IMG/VR virus record: IMGVR_UViG_3300009181_007093
Direction: 5' to 3' (one strand)
Length of the DNA: 64,000 nt
Source: a virus
Notes under the pieces: model-generated
What the model was told of the DNA's origin: nothing
Seen by the model: the letters and a program-made list of their open reading frames with translations, nothing else
Database searches by the model: none
Part shown: positions 30,195 through 39,400 of the stretch, one piece after another
Layout of the letters: every line of letters starts with the position of its first letter
How positions within the stretch are numbered: the first letter of the stretch is position 1
Translations under genes and position numbers: made by a program

Positions 30195-30512
30195 TCAAAT
30201 ATAACCAATTTTGATTGCTTTTTTTATATCTTCTGCTGTTACTTTTCTTCCAATAAAGTCTGATACGCTTTCTGTAAAATGCTTTTCTATATCCTTTTGT
30301 ACGGCACGCATGAATTTTGGACCCATTTTTGTAGCTTCCATTAAAGAGTCTATATCAACTTGCCAATCCAATAGCTCTCCTCCTATGAAAATCGCCTTTT
30401 CAATTCCACCACCCGGAGTTGGTCTCATCTTTACTTCAAAAGTTTTTTTATCGAACTCTGCCAAAATTTCATTTTGTTTTACTATGTCTTCTGATTCTTC
30501 TGATTCTTCCAT
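30195..30512 (-). CDS. hypothetical protein
   Basis: 105-aa ORF with GAAGGG RBS, coupled to lat. Confidence 0.7.
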   Translation of the reverse strand: MEESEESEDIVKQNEILAEFDKKTFEVKMRPTPGGGIEKAIFIGGELLDWQVDIDSLMEATKMGPKFMRAVQKDIEKHFTESVSDFIGRKVTAEDIKKAIKIGYI

Positions 30513-30612
30513 TATTACCCTTCTTTTAATATGGTGGTTCGCTATTAAATAAAGTAGTACAAATTAAATCAAAATCGTATTTAAATTTTTAAATTTTATC
30601 TGTATTGAAAGA

Positions 30613-30618
30613 TAAATA
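30613..30618 (+). promoter_or_regulatory. late promoter (TAAATA-N4-ATG)
   Basis: Recurrent motif and spacing. Confidence 0.55.
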
Positions 30619-30622
30619 GTAT

Positions 30623-31147
30623 ATGAGATTTAAACAATTTTTATTAGAGGGAAGCATACAAGAATTGTATGTTAGTACTGTTAAGGCATTCCCTGAAACT
30701 ACTAAAAGACAAAACTCAATTGATACAATTAGAATAGTTAAATTAGAATGGATTCCATATCTAGATTTTAAAACATTGTATATCAAGGGTCTGGCACAGA
30801 ATATAGAAAATTCTAAAGAATATATGCCAATAATTGTTTTTAAAAATATAAAATATATGGATGAAAAATCTAAAAATACCGTACAAATAGTTGATAAAAA
30901 CAACAAAAAGTATATTATAGAAAAAATAGATCACAACAATAAAGTACTAGTAAGATGCAATTGTAAAGATTTCTTTTGGAGAGGAAACTATCCAAATCAT
31001 TTAGATAAATCTTTATATGGCAGAAAAAGAAAGCCATATTCAGCAGTTGGAACAGGCAAGGCAGCGAATCCAAAAAACGATCCGATGTTGTGTAAACATA
31101 TTATTAAATTACACAAAGTTTTAGAACAGTCAGGAATAACATACTAA
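30623..31147 (+). CDS. SWIM-type zinc finger protein
   Basis: VRCNCKDF..LCKHI; N-terminal MRFKQFLLE. Confidence 0.75.
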   Translation: MRFKQFLLEGSIQELYVSTVKAFPETTKRQNSIDTIRIVKLEWIPYLDFKTLYIKGLAQNIENSKEYMPIIVFKNIKYMDEKSKNTVQIVDKNNKKYIIEKIDHNNKVLVRCNCKDFFWRGNYPNHLDKSLYGRKRKPYSAVGTGKAANPKNDPMLCKHIIKLHKVLEQSGITY

Positions 31148-31160
31148 TCAAGGAGGAACA

Positions 31161-31685
31161 ATGAGTTTTGAAGATTTTATTGATACCTTTAAGGACATAG
31201 AAGGTATAAGAGTTGTTAGCTTTAATAAAAATACAAATTCTGTTTATTATGAGTTGCTAGAAGAAAAAACTCAAAAAGAAATTGTTTTTATAGTTGAAAA
31301 CTTACACAGCATGCATGGCTGTGATGTGTTTTTAAGAAATCCAGAAAAAATGTTTTATAAATTAATTATTGGAGCACTTAACATAGATCACACATTAACC
31401 TTATTTTCAAATCAGGTAAAATCTATAGTGGAATTACAAAAGAATACAAAAACTACTCAACTTAAAGAACTTGGTCTTCCTGATCTTTCTTTGGTTACAA
31501 TATATCAAATGACGAATGAACTTAAAAGTCGCAAAAACTTAGTTTTTTCTTTAGTTTGGGTAGAAAGTAATGAACACGATAATATTGCTATAGAAGGATC
31601 TGGAAATCCCAACCAAATAATAGGATTACTAGCAAGAGGAACACATATGGCAATCGAATGGGCAGAGAAATATAATGGAAAATGA
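31161..31685 (+). CDS. hypothetical protein
   Basis: 174-aa ORF with AGGAGG RBS. Confidence 0.75.
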   Translation: MSFEDFIDTFKDIEGIRVVSFNKNTNSVYYELLEEKTQKEIVFIVENLHSMHGCDVFLRNPEKMFYKLIIGALNIDHTLTLFSNQVKSIVELQKNTKTTQLKELGLPDLSLVTIYQMTNELKSRKNLVFSLVWVESNEHDNIAIEGSGNPNQIIGLLARGTHMAIEWAEKYNGK

Positions 31686-31686
31686 A

Positions 31687-32853
31687 CTAGGGGTTGGTAG
31701 CAGGATATTGGTTTTCACCAGGACATTCACGTTTACCATCTTGTCCTGGACCGATCTCTTCACCGTGGTCGAGCGATTCCACCGATGGAGACTCTGATAA
31801 CATGCCGGTAGGAGGAGGGCAAGGAGGGAACTGTTCTGGATCATTAGGATCGCAATATACATATATACCATCTTTGAGTGTCTTCTCGCATTCAACAAAT
31901 GAAAACTCAACGCCTTTTACTTGATTCTGATTCATGTCTTTTGACTCGATGACAACCTGACCAGCCGCAGCACCACATGGCTCTAATCCACACGGAATTG
32001 GTACCAATTCTCCACACGGACACCCACACGTACGCAACTGAAAACCATTAACAAAGTAATTGGTTCCACTAACTCCAGCAAAAGTTACTTCTTGTTCACA
32101 TGGCGGACCACAAGACTTAGGCGTTTTAAATGTTCCTACTTGATGCTGTCCTAATCCTCCTCCTCCTCCGCTATTATTTAATGTTCCGCCACCAACTGTT
32201 GTAAAACAACCACCTGGAGCCATTCCGCTAGAATTATTGGTCCACCATTGAAAAAGATAAAGTGTGTCAGGAGATAAATTTTTTAAAGTTAATGTATGGC
32301 TACCTATACCAGAAACAGCGGTGGATAATAATCTCTTGTATTGAACTGTTTGATGCTGAAATGGATCCGGTAAATCTTCTACATCTTGTTGATCTCCATA
32401 ACGGTTGTCGGTAGTTCCTGCTATATCTTGAGTATCGCTACATGGAAACTCCTGTGTGTTATCAATTTTATATCTTGGATGTAATGTAACTTGATTCAGA
32501 TTTAGTTTCGCCTCTAGAGTTTCTGTTAAATTTTCTGGCTCATTTCTTCTTATTCTATATTTAGCAGCGGCAGCGGGAGCATCAGGATTGTTATCATCTC
32601 TTCCCTCATTCCAACCGCATACCTGTTCCCCCATTACAACTGCATCCATTTCCGATACTATGTTTTTTGGTGGGCACCAGTACCAAGTAGCGACTGATGC
32701 TAGAGATTTAACATATTGCGTATATTCTTCAGGAAATTCTGATGCTTTATTCCAAGAAACACTGTTATTAATTTCTACTTTATTTTCCATATAAAGTATA
32801 TAGTCCGTATTATTGTGGAAAAATTTGTTTGTATCCTCCAAATGTCCGCACAT
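31687..32853 (-). CDS. Cys/Pro/Gly-rich probable structural protein
   Basis: 388 aa; beta-sandwich-like LKNLSPDTLYLFQWW..VNGFQLR segment; alternative start at 32790 (TATATA-N6-ATG). Confidence 0.6.
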   Translation of the reverse strand: MCGHLEDTNKFFHNNTDYILYMENKVEINNSVSWNKASEFPEEYTQYVKSLASVATWYWCPPKNIVSEMDAVVMGEQVCGWNEGRDDNNPDAPAAAAKYRIRRNEPENLTETLEAKLNLNQVTLHPRYKIDNTQEFPCSDTQDIAGTTDNRYGDQQDVEDLPDPFQHQTVQYKRLLSTAVSGIGSHTLTLKNLSPDTLYLFQWWTNNSSGMAPGGCFTTVGGGTLNNSGGGGGLGQHQVGTFKTPKSCGPPCEQEVTFAGVSGTNYFVNGFQLRTCGCPCGELVPIPCGLEPCGAAAGQVVIESKDMNQNQVKGVEFSFVECEKTLKDGIYVYCDPNDPEQFPPCPPPTGMLSESPSVESLDHGEEIGPGQDGKRECPGENQYPATNP

Positions 32854-32875
32854 GTAATAACTGTTGTCAAATTAC

Positions 32876-32881
32876 TAAATA
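32876..32881 (+). promoter_or_regulatory. late promoter (TAAATA-N4-ATG)
   Basis: Recurrent motif and spacing. Confidence 0.55.
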
Positions 32882-32885
32882 GTTC

Positions 32886-33455
32886 ATGACATATCAAATT
32901 GGACCAATAATTACAGATGCACAGAAGCAAATACTTTATGGTACAATATTAGGAGGATCTTCTATTATTAGACCAAATAATGGTAAAAATTATTATTTGG
33001 CGATGAGAGGGAGCAACAAGATTTGGCTAAATTATAAAATAGAAGAACTTAAATGTTTTTTTAAGATAGATGAAAATACTATAAAGAAAGATAAAAATAC
33101 ATACCGATGTTATAGCATTGCCTATCCTGTATTTCATGAAGTTCAAAAGCTTTTTTATAAAAATAATAGCAAAATTATTCAAAAGGAAACACTAGAAATA
33201 CTAACAGAAAATGCATGGATGGTTTGGTTTGTAGACGCAGGAAGAAAAGATAGAAAAAAATGCTATTTAAGAACACATAAATTTGGAGAAGAAGGAAGCA
33301 AAATTATTGCAAATTATTTCACTTCATTGGATTGTGATTGCAAAAATCAAAAAAATAGAGGAAGAAATGAGATCGTTTTTAGCGAAAAAGGCTCAGTTGA
33401 ATTATTGAATATAATAAAGGATTGTTTGCCTGATTTTATAAATATAAAGATATAA
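32886..33455 (+). CDS. free-standing LAGLIDADG homing endonuclease-like protein (probably inactive)
   Basis: ILYGTILGGSSI and MVWFVDAG motifs, LRTHKF. Confidence 0.75.
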   Translation: MTYQIGPIITDAQKQILYGTILGGSSIIRPNNGKNYYLAMRGSNKIWLNYKIEELKCFFKIDENTIKKDKNTYRCYSIAYPVFHEVQKLFYKNNSKIIQKETLEILTENAWMVWFVDAGRKDRKKCYLRTHKFGEEGSKIIANYFTSLDCDCKNQKNRGRNEIVFSEKGSVELLNIIKDCLPDFINIKI

Positions 33456-33492
33456 AAGCATATATTTTTTATATTCTGGTTTCTAAAATCAC

Positions 33493-36400
33493 TTACGCAG
33501 TACCCGCGAGACGAAAGCTAATACCGTTGCCTGCTGTCGATGTACTATTCGTACCACGAAACGAGGATGAAATGTTAAAACTGTTACTCGCCCAACCGCC
33601 GCCCCGGACCCCGCGAGACGAGCCAACTGTGCCATCCAGATCGTTCCACTGAAACACGTTGCCACTCTGATCAAACGTGCCGTAGAAGCTAGCGCTGTTG
33701 TTAAAGAAGCCTACGCCCGTTGAGTTGCCGAAGACATTATTGTAGTTGGCCTGATTTGGGCTACTGTGGTAAAAGGGATCGTTGCCCGGAGCAGTGTCAC
33801 TCTGCGTGGCGTAAGTCCAGTAACCCGCATTCGTGCTGCCGCCTTTGTAATATGCCGCCTTGTACCATTCGTTCTCAAGCGGTATCCGGTACGTCGGAGC
33901 TAAACCCGTATTCGGATTGGCGGCGTTAACAACCACAGCATTGCCAGAAGTTGCACCGTTCAAATTGTACGTACCGTTTTCTGTCGTCGTGCTGGTCTGG
34001 GCTCCGCTGGGCTGATCGTTGCTCATCCAGTTAGCAAACCTCGCACAGTCAAACCAGTTAATATGTGCTATCGGAAGATCTCCCGTGCTTTCCATAACGG
34101 CATACGTGTAACTTCCAGATGTGCCCGCACGACTGATTTTAGCAACGCCCTGCGACTGGTTCATAGAATCGTTGTAGAGAGAGTAGGAGTCGGTCGAGCC
34201 TACGGCATTTAAGAACGCAGTGTACTGCGAGCCCGTTACATGGTACTTCCCGATCTTGTATGAGTATGCCACGGCGCCGTAGCCAGGATTACTACTGCCT
34301 GCGTCAGCAGCGTTGCCAGGATTCCCAACCGTCACCATGATCATGGCAATACCACTCGATGTCTGCGTGACTGTTGCCAAGCCACCGAAATACCCAGTCC
34401 GTGTCGTAGTGATAGTCGCTGTTGAACTCGTTCCAAATGCCACGCCGGTTACTGTGACCAAACCAGTGCCGCTGATGGCTACCGAGCCTGATGCTGTTGC
34501 CGTACCAGCCCATGTGTAGCTGCCACTGTAGTTGCTGATTTGTACAGTGAAACCACCATTCGTTGCTGTTGGGGTTCCAAATGTTGGATTCAACGCAGCA
34601 CCCACCACAGACGTGGCCATGACGTTTGCCGTGCCACCGGCATACCCAGTCCGTGTCGTCGTGATTGTGGCGGTTGAACTCGTTCCAGGAGCGACTCCGG
34701 TTACGGTGACCAATCCAGTACCGCTGACGGCTACCGATCCTGACGCTGTTGCCGTACCAGCCCATGTGTACAAAGCGTCGTAGTTACTGATCTGCACAGT
34801 AAAGCCATCAGCCGTTGCTGTCGTGCTTCCAAATGTTGGAGTCCGCTCAGCAAGCAGTGAGATCTCCGTGACACTTGCCGAGCCACCGACATATCCAGAC
34901 CTCGTCGTAGTAATTGTAGCCGTTGAACTCGTCGCAGCAGCCACGCCGGTTACTGTGATTAATCCCGTGCCGCTTACATATACTGATCCCGATGCTGTTG
35001 CCGTACCAGCCCATGTGTACAAGCCGTTGTAGTTGCTGATCTGCACGGTAAAACCATGTGCATTTTTCGTTGGGGCTCCAAACGTCGGAGTTAGTGGAGC
35101 AAGCAGCGAGGTCTCCGTGACGTCTGCTGTGCCACCGACATATCCAGCTCTCGTCGTCGTAATCGTCGCTGTTGAACTCGTTCCAGGTGCCACGCCGGTT
35201 ACGGTGACCAAACCCGTGCCGCTGACTACTACTGATCCCGATGCTGTCGCCGTACCAGCCCACATGTAGGCATCATCGTAGTTGCTTATCTGCACTGTAA
35301 ACCCATCAGCCGTTCTTGTCGGGCTTCCAAATGTTGGAGTCTTCGCAGCAAACAGGGAGGTTGCCGTGACTCGCCCTATACCATCTGCGTATCCCGTTCT
35401 TTTAGTAACAATCGTAGCTGTTGAAGGCGTGTGCGGAGCCACTCCGGTTACTGTAACAAGACCGCTACCATTAATTGTTGCTGTTCCTGCTGCGGATGCC
35501 GTACCCGCCCATGTGTAGGCAGCGTCGTAGTTGCTAGTTTGTACGGTGAAGCCATCTGCCGTTGGTGTCGGGCTTCCAAATGTTGGTGTTAAAGCTGCAA
35601 TTGGAAGCGATCTTGAGAACACAGTGATTTTTCCTATAGCGTGTCCGATTTTTGTTGTTGTTATTGTTGCGGCTACATACGTGTCTGGAGCCACGCCGGT
35701 TACCGTAATCAAGCCCTCCCCTATTAAAAATCCTGTGAATCCTGTAATTCCTACTGCTCCAGAAGTTGCATCTCCAGACCACGTATAGCTTGAGTCATAG
35801 TTCGTAATTGGTATTGTAAAACCGTCTACAGTTCTTACTATTGAATTGTTCGCACTAACTTCGGGCGTCAATGCAGCAAGCAGTGATGTTGCCATGACTT
35901 GTGCGTTACTACTAACAGATCCCTGTGCAATCGAGCCACATGATAAGCATACAGTGGTAATTGTTGCTGTTGAACTGGTATTGGCAGCGACTCCTGTTAT
36001 TGTAACCAAACCTCCTCCGTCAATCGCAACAGAACCAGATGTTGCCGTTCCAGACCAGTAATAACTATTATTATAGTTCGTGATTTGTACATGGAAACCA
36101 TCTGCCGTTGGTGTGGTACTCCCAAACGTTGGAGTCAATCCAGCAGCCAGTGATACGCCAGTGACTGTTGATCCGCCGACAATACTGTTTTTTGTGGCGG
36201 TTATCGTAGCCGTGGAAGGTGTGTCCGCAGCCAAGCCGGTTACGGTGACCAGACCAGTGCCGTTAATGGCTACCGAACCTGATGCTGTGCCAGCCCATGA
36301 GTAACTCGAGTCATAGTTACTGATCTGCACCGTGAAACCACCATTCGTTGATGTTGGGCTTCCAAATGTTGGAATCAAGGCAGATGTTGATGTTACTGTT

Positions 36401-39400
36401 GCCGAGCCACTTGCATACCCCAATCTCGTAGTTGTGATTGTGGCTGTTGAGCTTGTGTCGGCAGCCAATCCTGTAACAGTAGCCAAGCCAGTGCCACTAA
36501 TTGATACTGATCCCGATGCGGTTGCAGTACCTGCCCATGTGTAGGCGGCATCATAGTTACTGATCATGACAGTGAAACCATCAGCCTTTGGTGTTATGGT
36601 ACCAAACGCTGGTGTTAGAGCTGCGTATAAAGATGTTTCTGTGGTTTGACTCCAACCTTCGACATACCCAGTCCTCGTCGTCGTGATCGTCACCGATGAA
36701 CTCACTCCAGTAGCTACGCCGGTTACGGCAACCAAACCACTGCCACTAATAGATGCGGCACCATAACCGGCAGCATTCCATGTGTAGGCAGCATCGTAGT
36801 TGCTGATCTGCACAGTGAAACCATCAGCCGTTGCTGTCTTGGTGCCAAAAGTTGGATTCAATGCTGCAAGCAGCGATGTTGCCGTGACTTCTGCAGTGCC
36901 GCCTGCATACCCATCTCTCACAGTTGTAATCGTAGCCGTCGAACTTGTCCCAACAGCCACTCCGGTTACAGTGACCAAACCTGTGCCGCTGACGGTTACC
37001 GTGCCTGCTGTTGCCGTGCCAGCCCAGTAATAACTGTAGTCATAGTTGCTGATCTGCACCTTGAACCCATCAGCGGTTGATGTCGGGCTTCCAAACGTTG
37101 GTGTCAGAGCCGAATCTAAAGATGTTTCTGTGACCGTAGCGGTTCCATTACTATGCCCAGTTTTTACTGTAGTGATCGTTGCTGTTGAGATCGTTAAAGT
37201 AGCCACGCTGTTCACAGTGACTAAACCGCTCCCACTGATGGTTACCGAACCTGATGCGGTTGCTGAACCGGACCATGTATAACTGGAATCATAGTTGCTG
37301 ATCTGCACAGTGAACCCATCAGCGGTTGATGTCGGCGTTCCAAACGCTGGCGTTAGGGCATCAGTAGGAAATGCTGTAATCTGTGCAGTTCCACCGACAT
37401 AACCAACTCTCGTAGTCGTGATCGTTGCCGTTGAACTTGTCGCAGCAGCCACGCCGGTAACCGTGACCAAACCACTCCCGCTGACGGCTACCGTGCCCGA
37501 TGCTGTTGCTGTGCCAGCCCATGAGTAGCTGCCACTGTAGTTACTGATCTGTACAGTGAAGCCACCAGCGGTTACTGTCGGCGTTCCAAACGCTGGCGTT
37601 AGGGCTGAGTTTAAAGATGTCTCTGTGACGGTTGCAGAGCCATTGTTAAATCCAGTTTTTGCTGTCGTGATCGTCGCTGTTGAACTCGTTCCAGTAGCCA
37701 CGCCGGTTACTGTAATCAAACCACCTCCACTAATGGATACCGAACCCGATGCTGTTGCCGTGCCGCCCCATGAGTAGGTTGAGTTGTAGTTACCTATGTA
37801 GACAGTGAAACCAGTAGCCGTTGGTGTCGGAGATCCAAACGTTGGCGTTAAAGCCGCTCCTAAGGATGTTGTCCAAACTTGTGCGGACCCATTGAGTGCA
37901 TTTGGCTTTGTAGTCGTGATCGTTGCCGTTGAACTCGTCGCCGCAGCAACACCGGTTACCGTGACCAATCCACTACCACTGACGTCTACCGAACCTGATG
38001 CTGTTGCCTCTCCACTCCATGAGAAACTGCCATCGTAGTTACTGATTTGCACAGTGAAGCCATCAGCCGTTGGAGTTATGCTCTCAAAATCTGGTATTAA
38101 CGCAGGGAGTAGTGGCACTAATCCTGTAATATAATTTCCGCCAGGAACCGAGTCCTCTTTGGTTGTTGTTATTGTTGCTGTCGAAACGGCTGCGGCAGGA
38201 ACACCGGTTACTGTTACTAAACCATAGCCATCAATAGTTGCAGAACCAAGGGACGCAGTACTACCCCATGTGTAGGTGGCATCATAATTTGTTACTTGTA
38301 CATAGAATCCATCAGCCGTTGCTGTCGGACTTCCAAATTGTGGAATCAACGCAGCATGCAGGGAAACCTCGGTAATCATATCGGAACCTTGCGGATAGAC
38401 TACGCATGGGAAGGGGGGATCTGGACACACAGTCCTATCCGTTTTTATTGTTAACACGGATGATGTGAATGGAGCTACTCCTGTTACGGTTACAAAGCCA
38501 TTGCCGTTAATAGTTGCTGTTCCTTGTGCTGTTGCTTCACCTGTCCATGTATAATTAGCGTTATAATTCGTGATTTGCACTGTAAAGCCGTCCGCAGTTT
38601 TTGTTGTAGCTCCAAATGTTGGAGTTAATGCGGCAAGTGAGGTTGCTGTGGTTTGGGCGTTTCCTTCATCTGAGTTATCTTTTTGAGTCGTTATTGTCGC
38701 CGTTGAAGCTGTGTTGTTAGCCACGCCGGTCACCGTGATGAAGCCAAGGCCTTCAACACCACCGCTGGAAATCGCTACAATGCCCGATGTTGCAGTACCA
38801 GTCCACGTGTAGCTGTCGTCATAGTTCGTAATTAATGTTATAAAACCATCAGCCGTTGATACTGTATCTCCAAATGTTGGAATTAACGCAGGAGCCAGCG
38901 ACTTATCTCCGATATCTGCCGTGCCAGGAGCACTGCCTGCTTTTTCCGTTGTGATCGTTGCCGTTGAATCCGTTTCAGCAGACACACCGGTTACCGTAAC
39001 CAAGCCCTCGCCGTCAACAGACGCTGAAATATTTCCAGTTAGAATTCGAAATGGTGCATCCGCTACCGCTGTACCAGCCCAAGTGTAACTGGAGTCATAA
39101 TTTGTTATTTGCACATAGAATCCATCATTTGTAGGATATGGCTCAGCAAATTCTGGAGTTAGTGCTTCCTCCAAAGAAATAGCCGTGATGTCAGCATTGA
39201 CGTCTCTAACAAAAACACCTCCTCCAGGTGCCACCCTTCCAGTGATAACGGAGTAATAAGGAGTTGTATCAACCGTATCATGTATTTTTATTGTTGCTGT
39301 GGAACTCACACCATCAGCAACGTTCGTTACTGTTACAACGCCGGTTTCATCGTCAATTGACACTGAACCACTTGCAGTAGCTACTCCTGACAAAGCGAAT

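Noticed and set aside
33503-33621. 12-bp direct repeat cccgcgagacga at 33503 and 33610 as a DGR or att signal
   Set aside because: Short, within coding sequence in different frames, and no RT or integrase in the window; probably chance
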